NCBI GenBank assembly: GCA_964016885.1
Contig: OZ024743.1
Location: forward strand, 136,462,001 to 136,526,000
From: Eledone cirrhosa
Lineage: Eukaryota
Reading direction: 5' to 3'
DNA length: 64,000 bases
The notes under the pieces were generated by a model that was not told the DNA's origin, searched no databases, and worked only from the letters and a program-made list of their open reading frames with translations. Shown here one piece after another: positions 1 to 10,869 of the stretch (position 1 is the first letter of the stretch; each line of letters begins with the position of its first letter). Made by a program: the position numbers and the translations under genes.

Positions 1-744
1 TTTGGTGCTTGGTGTTTTGTGTTTGGTGATTGGTGCTTGGTGCCTGGTGCTTGGTGCTTGGTGCTTGTTGTTTGGTGCTTGGTGCTTGGTGATTAGTGTT
101 TGGTGCTTGGTGCTTGCGGTTTGCTGTTTGGTGCTTGGGGTTTGGTGCTTGGTGCTTGGTGCTTGGTGTTTGGTGCTTGGTGCTTGGTGTTTGGTGCTTG
201 GTGCTTGGTGTTTGGTGTTTGGTGTTTGCTGTTTGCTGTTTGCTGTTTGGTGCTTGCTGTTTGGTGCTTGGTGCTTGGTGTTTGGTGTTTGGTGTTTTGT
301 GCTTGGTGCTTGGTGTTTGGTGCTTGGTGCTTGGTGCTGGGTGTTTGGTGCTTGGTGCTTGGTGTTTGGTGCTTGGTGCTTGGTGCTTGGTGTTTGGTCC
401 TTGGTGCTTGGTGCTTGGTCTTTGGTGCTTGGGTTTTGGTGTTTGGTGCTTGGTGCTTGGTGTTTGGTGCTTGGTTCTTGGTGCTTGGTGCTTGGTGTTT
501 GGTGATTGCTGCTTGGTGCTTGGTGTTTGGTGCTTGGTGCTTGGTGATTAGTGTTTGGTGATTGGTGCTTGGGGTTTGCTGTTTGGTGCTTGGTGCTTGC
601 TGTTTGGTGTTTGGTGTTTGGTTCTTGGTGCTTGGTGTTTGGTGTTTGGTGTCTGGTGCTTGGTGCTTGGTGCTTGGTGTTTGGTGCTTGGTGCTTGGTG
701 CTTGGTGTTTGGTGCTGCGTGCTTGGTGTTTGGTGCTTGGTGCT

Positions 745-1192
745 TGGTGATTAGTGTTTGGTGCTTTGTGTTTGGTGCTTGGTGTTTGGTGCTTGGTGCT
801 TGGTGCTTGGTGCTTGGTGTTAGGTGTTTGGTGCTTGGTGATTGGTGTTTGATGTTAGGTTCTTGGTGCTTGGTGTTTGGTGTTTGGTGCTTGGTGCTTG
901 GTGTTTGGTGTTTGGTGCTTGGTGCTTGGTGCTTGGTGCTTGGTGTTAGGTGTTTGGTGCTTGGTGCTTGGTGTTTGGTGCTTGGTGCTTTGTGTTTGGT
1001 GCTTGGTGTTTGGTGCTTGGTGCTTGGTGCTTGGTGCTTGGTGTTAGGTGTTTGGTGCTTGGTGATTGGTGTTTGATGTTAGGTTCTTGGTGCTTGGTGT
1101 TTGGTGTTTGGTGCTTGGTGCTTGGTGTTTGGTGTTTGGTGCTTGGTGCTTGGTGCTTGGTGCTTGGTGTTAGGTGTTTGGTGCTTGGTGAT
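745..1192 (+). repeat. 224-bp (32-monomer) tandem sub-duplication inside the ~2 kb unit
   Basis: TAGGTG markers at 821, 947, 1045 and 1171 (spacing 126/98/126). GATTGGTGTTTGATGTTAGGTTC occurs twice, 224 bp apart. It recurs in many left-domain units and is single-copy at ~22260-22470. Confidence 0.8.
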
Positions 1193-1429
1193 GGGTGCTT
1201 GGTGTTTGGTCCTTGGTGCTTGGTGCATGGTCTTTGGTGCTTGGGTTTTGGTGTTTGGTGCTTGGTGCTTGGTGTTTGGTGCTTGGTGCTTGGTGCTTGG
1301 TGCTTGGTGTTTGGTGCTTGCTGCTTGGTGCTTGGTGTTTGGTGCTTGGTGCTTGGTGATTAGTGTTTGGTGATTGGTGCTTGGGGTTTGGTGTTTGGGG
1401 CTTGGTGTTTGGTGGTTAGTGCTTGCTAT

Positions 1430-4271
1430 TTGGTGTTTGGTGTTTGGTTCTTGGTGCTTGGTGGCTGGTGTTTGGTGCTTGGTGCTTGTTGTTTGGTGTT
1501 TGGTGTTTGGTGCTTGGTGCTTGGTGGCTGGTGTTTGGTGCTTGGTGTTTGGAGTTTGGTGCTTGGTGCTTGGTGCCTGGTGTTTCGTGCTTGGTGCTTG
1601 GTGCTTGGTGTTTGGTGATTGGTGCTTGGTGTTTGGTGTTTGGTACTTGGTGCTTGGTGCTTGGTGCTTGGTGCTTGGTGCTTGGTGTTTGATGCTGCGT
1701 GCTTGGTGTTTGGTGTTTGGTGCTTGGTGCTTGGTGTTTGGTCTTTGGAGCTCGGTGCCTGGTGCTTGTTGTTTGGTGTTTGGCGCTTGGTGCTTGGTGT
1801 TTGGTGTTTGGTGCTTGGTGCTTGGTGCTTGGTATCTGGTGCTTGGTGCTTGATGTTTGGTGTTTGGTGCTTGGTGTTTGGTGTTTGGTGCTTGGTGCTT
1901 GGTGTTTGGTGCTGGGTGTTTGGTGTTTGGTGTTTGATGCTTGGTGTTTGCTGCTTGGTGCTTGGTGCTTGGTGTTTTGTGTTTGGTGATTGGTGCTTGG
2001 TGCCTGGTGCTTGGTGCTTGGTGCTTGTTGTTTGGTGCTTGGTGCTTGGTGATTAGTGTTTGGTGCTTGGTGCTTGCGGTTTGGTGTTTGGTGCTTGGGG
2101 TTTGGTGCTTGGTGCTTGGTGCTTGGTGTTTGGTGCTTGGTGCTTGGTGTTTGGTGCTTGGTGCTTGGTGTTTGGTGTTTGGCGTTTGCTGTTTGCTGTT
2201 TGGTGTTTGGTGCTTGCTGTTTGGTGCTTGGTGCTTGGTGTTTGGTGTTTGGTGTTTTGTGCTTGGTGCTTGGTGTTTGGTGCTTGGTGCTTGGTGCTGG
2301 GTGTTTGGTGCTTGGTGCTTGGTGTTTGGTGCTTGGTGCTTGGTGCTTGGTGTTTGGTCCTTGGTGCTTGGTGCTTGGTCTTTGGTGCTTGGGTTTTGGT
2401 GTTTGGTGCTTGGTGCTTGGTGTTTGGTGCTTGGTTCTTGGTGCTTGGTGCTTGGTGTTTGGTGATTGCTGCTTGGTGCTTGGTGTTTGGTGCTTGGTGC
2501 TTGGTGATTAGTGTTTGGTGATTGGTGCTTGGGATTTGCTGTTTGGTGCTTGGTGTTTGGTGCTTGGTGCTTGATGTTTGGTGTTTGGTGTTTGGTTCTT
2601 GGTGCTTGGTGTTTGGTGTTTGGTGTCTGGTGCTTGGTGCTTGGTGCCTGGTGTTTGGTGCTTGGTGCTTGGTGCTTGGTGTTTGGTGCTGCGTGCTTGG
2701 TGTTTGGTGCTTGGTGCTTGGTGATTATTGTTTGGTGCTTTGTGTTTGGTGCTTGGTGTTTGGTGCTTGGTGCTTGGTGCTTGGTGCTTGGTGTTAGGTG
2801 TTTGGTGCTTGGTGATTGGTGTTTGATGTTAGGTTCTTGGTGCTTGGTGTTTGGTGTTTGGTGTTTGGTTCTTGGTGCTTGGTGGCTGGTGTTTGGTGCT
2901 TGGTGCTTGTTGTTTGGTGTTTGGTGTTTGGTGCTTGGTGCTTGGTGGCTGGTGTTTGGTGCTTGGTGTTTGGAGTTTGGTGCTTGGTGCTTGGTGCCTG
3001 GTGTTTCGTGCTTGGTGCTTGGTGCTTGGTGTTTGGTGATTGGTGCTTGGTGTTTGGTGTTTGGTACTTGGTGCTTGGTGCTTGGTGCTTGGTGCTTGGT
3101 GCTTGGTGTTTGATGCTGCGTGCTTGGTGTTTGGTGTTTGGTGCTTGGTGCTTGGTGTTTGGTCTTTGGAGCTCGGTGCCTGGTGCTTGTTGTTTGGTGT
3201 TTGGCGCTTGGTGCTTGGTGTTTGGTGTTTGGTGCTTGGTGCTTGGTGCTTGGTATCTGGTGCTTGGTGCTTGATGTTTGGTGTTTGGTGCTTGGTGTTT
3301 GGTGTTTGGTGCTTGGTGCTTGGTGTTTGGTGCTGGGTGTTTGGTGTTTGGTGTTTGATGCTTGGTGTTTGCTGCTTGGTGCTTGGTGCTTGGTGTTTTG
3401 TGTTTGGTGATTGGTGCTTGGTGCCTGGTGCTTGGTGCTTGGTGCTTGTTGTTTGGTGCTTGGTGCTTGGTGATTAGTGTTTGGTGCTTGGTGCTTGCGG
3501 TTTGGTGTTTGGTGCTTGGGGTTTGGTGCTTGGTGCTTGGTGCTTGGTGTTTGGTGCTTGGTGCTTGGTGTTTGGTGCTTGGTGCTTGGTGTTTGGTGTT
3601 TGGCGTTTGCTGTTTGCTGTTTGGTGTTTGGTGCTTGCTGTTTGGTGCTTGGTGCTTGGTGTTTGGTGTTTGGTGTTTTGTGCTTGGTGCTTGGTGTTTG
3701 GTGCTTGGTGCTTGGTGCTGGGTGTTTGGTGCTTGGTGCTTGGTGTTTGGTGCTTGGTGCTTGGTGCTTGGTGTTTGGTCCTTGGTGCTTGGTGCTTGGT
3801 CTTTGGTGCTTGGGTTTTGGTGTTTGGTGCTTGGTGCTTGGTGTTTGGTGCTTGGTTCTTGGTGCTTGGTGCTTGGTGTTTGGTGATTGCTGCTTGGTGC
3901 TTGGTGTTTGGTGCTTGGTGCTTGGTGATTAGTGTTTGGTGATTGGTGCTTGGGATTTGCTGTTTGGTGCTTGGTGTTTGGTGCTTGGTGCTTGATGTTT
4001 GGTGTTTGGTGTTTGGTTCTTGGTGCTTGGTGTTTGGTGTTTGGTGTCTGGTGCTTGGTGCTTGGTGCCTGGTGTTTGGTGCTTGGTGCTTGGTGCTTGG
4101 TGTTTGGTGCTGCGTGCTTGGTGTTTGGTGCTTGGTGCTTGGTGATTATTGTTTGGTGCTTTGTGTTTGGTGCTTGGTGTTTGGTGCTTGGTGCTTGGTG
4201 CTTGGTGCTTGGTGTTAGGTGTTTGGTGCTTGGTGATTGGTGTTTGATGTTAGGTTCTTGGTGCTTGGTGT
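1430..4271 (+). repeat. Tandem duplication, 2 x 1421 bp (203 monomers)
   Basis: Identical ORF translations at constant offset 1421: 1619/3040, 1699/3120, 1941/3362, 2056/3477. SacI 1748/3169. Junction near 2850. Confidence 0.92.
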
Positions 4272-4850
4272 TTGGTGTTTGGTGCTTGGTGCTTGGTGTT
4301 TGGTGTTTGGTGCTTGGTGCTTGGTGCTTGGTGCTTGGTGCTTGGTGCTTGGTGCTTGGTGTTTGGTGCTTTGTTCTTGGTGCTTGGTGCTTGGTGTTTG
4401 GTGATTGCTGCTTGGTGCTTGGTGTTTGGTGCTTGGTGCTTGGTGATTAGTGTTTGGTGATTGGTGCTTGGGATTTGCTGTTTGGTGCTTGGTGTTTGGT
4501 GCTTGGTGCTTGATGTTTGGTGTTTGGTGTTTGGTTCTTGGTGCTTGGTGTTTGGTGTTTGGTGTCTGGTGCTTGGTGCTTGGTGCTTGGTGTTTGGTGC
4601 TTGGTGCTTGGTGTTTGGTGCTGCGTGCTTGGTGTTTGGTGCTTGGTGCTTGGTGATTAGTGTTTGGTGCTTTGTGTTTGGTGCTTGGTGTTTGGTGCTT
4701 GGTGCTTGGTGCTTGGTGCTTGGTGTTAGGTGTTTGGTGCTTGGTGATTGGTGTTTGACGTTAGGTTCTTGGTGCTTGGTGTTTGGTGTTTGGTGCTTGG
4801 TGCTTGGTGTTTGGTGTTTGGTGCTTGGTGCTTGGTGCTTGGTGCTTTGT
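3830..4850 (+). repeat. 518-bp (74-monomer) tandem sub-duplication, also at ~9.2-10.2, 17.2-18.2, 25.7-26.6 and 33.4-34.4 kb
   Basis: GATTGGTGCTTGGGATTTGCTG landmark offsets 3932/4450, 9319/9837, 17267/17785, 25769/26287 (518 bp) and 33544/34055 (511 bp, one monomer fewer). The copies differ at GATTATT vs GATTAGT. Confidence 0.8.
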
Positions 4851-6531
4851 GTTAGGTGTTTGGTGCTTGGTGCTTGGTGTTTGGTGCTTGGTGCTTTGTG
4901 TTTGGTGCTTGGTGCTTGGTGCTTGGTGCTTGGTGTTAGGTGTTTGGTGCTTGGTGATTGGTGTTTGATGTTAGGTTCTTGGTGCTTGGTGTTTGGTGTT
5001 TGGTGCTTGGTGCTTGGTGTTTGGTGCTTGGTGCTTGGTGCTTGGTGCTTGGTGCTTGGTGTTAGGTGTTTGGTGCTTGGTGATGGGTGTTGGTGTTTGG
5101 TCCTTGGTGCTTGGTGCATGGTCTTTGGTGCTTGGGTTTTGGTGTTTGGTGCTTGGTGCTTGGTGTTTGGTGCTTGGTGCTTGGTGCTTGGTGCTTGGTG
5201 TTTGGTGATTGCTGCTTGGTGCTTGGTGTTTGGTGCTTGGTGCTTGGTGATTAGTGTTTGGTGATTGGTGCTTGGGGTTTGGTGTTTGGGGCTTGGTGTT
5301 TGGTGCTTAGTGCTTGCTGTTTGGTGTTTGGTGTTTGGTTCTTGGTGCTTGGTGTTTGGTGCTTGGTGTTTGGTGCTTGGTGCTTGGTGCTTGGTGTTTG
5401 GTGCTGCATGCTTGGTGTTTGGTGTTTGGTGCTTGGTGCCTGGTGCTTGTTGTTTGGTGTTTGGTGCTTAGTGCTTGGTGTTTGGTGTTTGGTGCTTGGT
5501 GCTTGGTGGCTGGTGTTTGGTGCTTGGTGTTTGGAGTTTGGTGCTTGGTGCTTGGTGCCTGGTGTTTCGTGCTTGGTGCTTGGTGCTTGGTGTTTGGTGA
5601 TTGGTGCTTGGTGTTTGGTGTTTGGTACTTGGTGCTTGGTGCTTGGTGCTTGGTGCTTGGTGCTTGGTGTTTGATGCTGCGTGCTTGGTGTTTGGTGTTT
5701 GGTGCTTGGTGCTTGGTGTTTGGTGTTTGGAGCTCGGTGCCTGGTGCTTGTTGTTTGGTGTTTGGCGCTTGGTGCTTGGTGTTTGGTGTTTGGTGCTTGG
5801 TGCTTGGTGCTTGGTATCTGGTGTTTGGTGCTTGATGTTTGGTGTTTGGTGCTTGGTGTTTGGTGTTTGGTGCTTGGTGCTTGGTGTTTGGTGCTTGGTG
5901 TTTGGTGTTTGGTGTTTGATGCTTGGTGTTTGCTGCTTGGTGCTTGGTGCTTGGTGTTTTGTGTTTGGTGATTGGTGCTTGGTGCCTGGTGCTTGGTGCT
6001 TGGTGCTTGTTGTTTGGTGCTTGGTGCTTGGTGATTAGTGTTTGGTGCTTGGTGCTTGCGGTTTGGTGTTTGGTGCTTGGGGTTTGGTGCTTGGTGCTTG
6101 GTGCTTGGTGTTTGGTGCTTGGTGCTTGGTGTTTGGTGCTTGGTGCTTGGTGATTAGTGTTTGGTGATTGGTGCTTGGGGTTTGCTGTTTGGTGCTTGGT
6201 GCTTGCTGTTTGGTGTTTGGTGTTTGGTTCTTGGTGCTTGGTGTTTGGTGTTTGGTGTCTGGTGCTTGGTGCTTGGTGCTTGGTGTTTGGTGCTTGGTGC
6301 TTGGTGCTTGGTGTTTGGTGCTGCGTGCTTGGTGTTTGGTGCTTGGTGCTTGGTGATTAGTGTTTGGTGCTTTGTGTTTGGTGCTTGGTGTTTGGTGCTT
6401 GGTGCTTGGTGCTTGGTGCTTGGTGTTAGGTGTTTGGTGCTTGGTGATTGGTGTTTGATGTTAGGTTCTTGGTGCTTGGTGTTTGGTGTTTGGTGCTTGG
6501 TGCTTGGTGTTTGGTGTTTGGTGCTTGGTGC

Positions 6532-8937
6532 TTGGTGCTTGGTGCTTGGTGTTAGGTGTTTGGTGCTTGGTGCTTGGTGTTTGGTGCTTGGTGCTTTGTG
6601 TTTGGTGCTTGGTGTTTGGTGCTTGGTGCTTGGTGCTTGGTGCTTGGTGTTAGGTGTTTGGTGCTTGGTGATTGGTGTTTGATGTTAGGTTCTTGGTGCT
6701 TGGTGTTTGGTGTTTGGTGCTTGGTGCTTGGTGTTTGGTGTTTGGTGCTTGGTGCTTGGTGCTTGGTGCTTGGTGTTAGGTGTTTGGTGCTTGGTGATGG
6801 GTGCTTGGTGTTTGGTCCTTGGTGCTTGGTGCATGGCTTTGGTGCTTGGGTTTTGGTGTTTGGTGCTTGGTGCTTGGTTTTTGGTGCTTGGTGCTTGGTG
6901 CTTGGTGCTTGGTGTTTGGTGCTTGCTGCTTGGTGCTTGGTGTTTGGTGCTTGGTGCTTGGTGATTAGTGTTTGGTGATTGGTGCTTGGGGTTTGGTGTT
7001 TGGGGCTTGGTGTTTGGTGGTTAGTGCTTGCTATTTGGTGTTTGGTGTTTGGTTCTTGGTGCTTGGTGGCTGGTGTTTGGTGCTTGGTGCTTGTTGTTTG
7101 GTGTTTGGTGTTTGGTGCTTGGTGCTTGGTGTTTGGTGTTTGGTGCTTGGTGTTTGGAGTTTGGTGCTTGGTGCTTGGTGCCTGGTGTTTCGTGCTTGGT
7201 GCTTGGTGCTTGGTGTTTGGTGATTGGTGCTTGGTGTTTGGTGTTTGGTACTTGGTGCTTGGTGCTTGGTGCTTGGTGCTTGGTGCTTGGTGTTTGATGC
7301 TGCGTGCTTGGTGTTTGGTGTTTGGTGCTTGGTGCTTGGTGTTTGGTCTTTGGAGCTCGGTGCCTGGTGCTTGTTGTTTGGTGTTTGGCGCTTGGTGCTT
7401 GGTGTTTGGTGTTTGGTGCTTGGTGCTTGGTGCTTGGTATCTGGTGCTTGGTGCTTGATGTTTGGTGTTTGGTGCTTGGTGTTTGGTGTTTGGTGCTTGG
7501 TGCTTGGTGTTTGGTGCTGGGTGTTTGGTGTTTGGTGTTTGATGCTTGGTGTTTGCTGCTTGGTGCTTGGTGCTTGGTGTTTTGTGTTTGGTGATTGGTG
7601 CTTGGTGCCTGGTGCTTGGTGCTTGGTGCTTGTTGTTTGGTGCTTGGTGCTTGGTGATTAGTGTTTGGTGCTTGGTGCTTGCGGTTTGGTGTTTGGTGCT
7701 TGGGGTTTGGTGCTTGGTGCTTGGTGCTTGGTGTTTGGTGCTTGGTGCTTGGTGTTAGGTGTTTGGTGCTTGGTGCTTGGTGTTTGGTGCTTGGTGCTTT
7801 GTGTTTGGTGCTTGGTGTTTGGTGCTTGGTGCTTGGTGCTTGGTGCTTGGTGTTAGGTGTTTGGTGCTTGGTGATTGGTGTTTGATGTTAGGTTCTTGGT
7901 GCTTGGTGTTTGGTGTTTGGTGCTTGGTGCTTGGTGTTTGGTGTTTGGTGCTTGGTGCTTGGTGCTTGGTGCTTGGTGTTAGGTGTTTGGTGCTTGGTGA
8001 TGGGTGCTTGGTGTTTGGTCCTTGGTGCTTGGTGCATGGCTTTGGTGCTTGGGTTTTGGTGTTTGGTGCTTGGTGCTTGGTGTTTGGTGCTTGGTGCTTG
8101 GTGCTTGGTGCTTGGTGTTTGGTGCTTGCTGCTTGGTGCTTGGTGTTTGGTGCTTGGTGCTTGGTGATTAGTGTTTGGTGATTGGTGCTTGGGGTTTGGT
8201 GTTTGGGGCTTGGTGTTTGGTGGTTAGTGCTTGCTATTTGGTGTTTGGTGTTTGGTTCTTGGTGCTTGGTGGCTGGTGTTTGGTGCTTGGTGCTTGTTGT
8301 TTGGTGTTTGGTGTTTGGTGCTTGGTGCTTGGTGTTTGGTGTTTGGTGCTTGGTGTTTGGAGTTTGGTGCTTGGTGCTTGGTGCCTGGTGTTTCGTGCTT
8401 GGTGCTTGGTGCTTGGTGTTTGGTGATTGGTGCTTGGTGTTTGGTGTTTGGTACTTGGTGCTTGGTGCTTGGTGCTTGGTGCTTGGTGCTTGGTGTTTGA
8501 TGCTGCGTGCTTGGTGTTTGGTGTTTGGTGCTTGGTGCTTGGTGTTTGGTCTTTGGAGCTCGGTGCCTGGTGCTTGTTGTTTGGTGTTTGGCGCTTGGTG
8601 CTTGGTGTTTGGTGTTTGGTGCTTGGTGCTTGGTGCTTGGTATCTGGTGCTTGGTGCTTGATGTTTGGTGTTTGGTGCTTGGTGTTTGGTGTTTGGTGCT
8701 TGGTGCTTGGTGTTTGGTGCTGGGTGTTTGGTGTTTGGTGTTTGATGCTTGGTGTTTGCTGCTTGGTGCTTGGTGCTTGGTGTTTTGTGTTTGGTGATTG
8801 GTGCTTGGTGCCTGGTGCTTGGTGCTTGGTGCTTGTTGTTTGGTGCTTGGTGCTTGGTGATTAGTGTTTGGTGCTTGGTGCTTGCGGTTTGGTGTTTGGT
8901 GCTTGGGGTTTGGTGCTTGGTGCTTGGTGCTTGGTGT
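6532..8937 (+). repeat. Tandem duplication, 2 x 1203 bp (172 monomers minus 1 bp), nested in the 7948-bp unit (second instance 14480-16885)
   Basis: Offsets 6556/7759, 6972/8175, 7224/8427; SacI 7353/8556. Both copies carry the 1-bp deletion GCATGGCTTT (elsewhere GCATGGTCTTT). Confidence 0.92.
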
Positions 8938-10869
8938 TTGGTGCTTGGTGCTTGGTGTTTGGTGCTTGGTGCTTGGTGTTTGGTGTTTGGCGTTTGCTGT
9001 TTGCTGTTTGGTGTTTGGTGCTTGCTGTTTGGTGCTTGGTGCTTGGTGTTTGGTGTTTGGTGTTTTGTGCTTGGTGCTTGGTGTTTGGTGCTTGGTGCTT
9101 GGTGCTGGGTGTTTGGTGCTTGGTGCTTGGTGTTTGGTGCTTGGTGCTTGGTGCTTGGTGTTTGGTCCTTGGTGCTTGGTGCTTGGTCTTTGGTGCTTGG
9201 GTTTTGGTGTTTGGTGCTTGGTGCTTGGTGTTTGGTGCTTGGTTCTTGGTGCTTGGTGCTTGGTGTTTGGTGATTGCTGCTTGGTGCTTGGTGTTTGGTG
9301 CTTGGTGCTTGGTGATTAGTGTTTGGTGATTGGTGCTTGGGATTTGCTGTTTGGTGCTTGGTGTTTGGTGCTTGGTGCTTGATGTTTGGTGTTTGGTGTT
9401 TGGTTCTTGGTGCTTGGTGTTTGGTGTTTGGTGTCTGGTGCTTGGTGCTTGGTGCCTGGTGTTTGGTGCTTGGTGCTTGGTGCTTGGTGTTTGGTGCTGC
9501 GTGCTTGGTGTTTGGTGCTTGGTGCTTGGTGATTATTGTTTCGTGCTTTGTGTTTGGTGCTTGGTGTTTGGTGCTTGGTGCTTGGTGCTTGGTGCTTGGT
9601 GTTAGGTGTTTGGTGCTTGGTGATTGGTGTTTGATGTTAGGTTCTTGGTGCTTGGTGTTTGGTGTTTGGTGCTTGGTGCTTGGTGTTTGGTGTTTGGTGC
9701 TTGGTGCTTGGTGCTTGGTGCTTGGTGCTTGGTGCTTGGTGCTTGGTGTTTGGTGCTTGGTTCTTGGTGCTTGGTGCTTGGTGTTTGGTGATTGCTGCTT
9801 GGTGCTTGGTGTTTGGTGCTTGGTGCTTGGTGATTAGTGTTTGGTGATTGGTGCTTGGGATTTGCTGTTTGGTGCTTGGTGTTTGGTGCTTGGTGCTTGA
9901 TGTTTGGTGTTTGGTGTTTGGTTCTTGGTGCTTGGTGTTTGGTGTTTGGTGTCTGGTGCTTGGTGCTTGGTGCTTGGTGTTTGGTGCTTGGTGCTTGGTG
10001 TTTGGTGCTGCGTGCTTGGTGTTTGGTGCTTGGTGCTTGGTGATTAGTGTTTGGTGCTTTGTGTTTGGTGCTTGGTGTTTGGTGCTTGGTGCTTGGTGCT
10101 TGGTGCTTGGTGTTAGGTGTTTGGTGCTTGGTGATTGGTGTTTGATGTTAGGTTCTTGGTGCTTGGTGTTTGGTGTTTGGTGCTTGGTGCTTGGTGTTTG
10201 GTGTTTGGTGCTTGGTGCTTGGTGCTTGGTGCTTTGTGTTAGGTGTTTGGTGCTTGGTGCTTGGTGTTTGGTGCTTGGTGCTTTGTGTTTGGTGCTTGGT
10301 GTTTGGTGCTTGGTGCTTGGTGCTTGGTGCTTGGTGTTAGGTGTTTGGTGCTTGGTGATTGGTGTTTGATGTTAGGTTCTTGGTGCTTGGTGTTTGGTGT
10401 TTGGTGCTTGGTGCTTGGTGTTTGGTGCTTGGTGCTTGGTGCTTGGTGCTTGGTGCTTGGTGTTAGGTGTTTGGTGCTTGGTGATGGGTGCTTGGTGTTT
10501 GGTCCTTGGTGCTTGGTGCATGGTCTTTGGTGCTTGGGTTTTGGTGTTTGGTGCTTGGTGCTTGGTGTTTGGTGCTTGGTGCTTGGTGCTTGGTGCTTGG
10601 TGTTTGGTGATTGCTGCTTGGTGCTTGGTGTTTGGTGCTTGGTGCTTGGTGATTAGTGTTTGGTGATTGGTGCTTGGGGTTTGGTGTTTGGGGCTTGGTG
10701 TTTGGTGCTTAGTGCTTGCTGTTTGGTGTTTGGTGTTTGGTTCTTGGTGTTTGGTGCTTGGTGCTTGGTGCTTGGTGTTTGGTGCTGCGTGCTTGGTGTT
10801 TGGTGCTTGGTGCTTGGTGCCTGGTGCTTGGTGCTTGGTGCTTGTTGTTTGGTGCTTGGTGCTTGGTGA

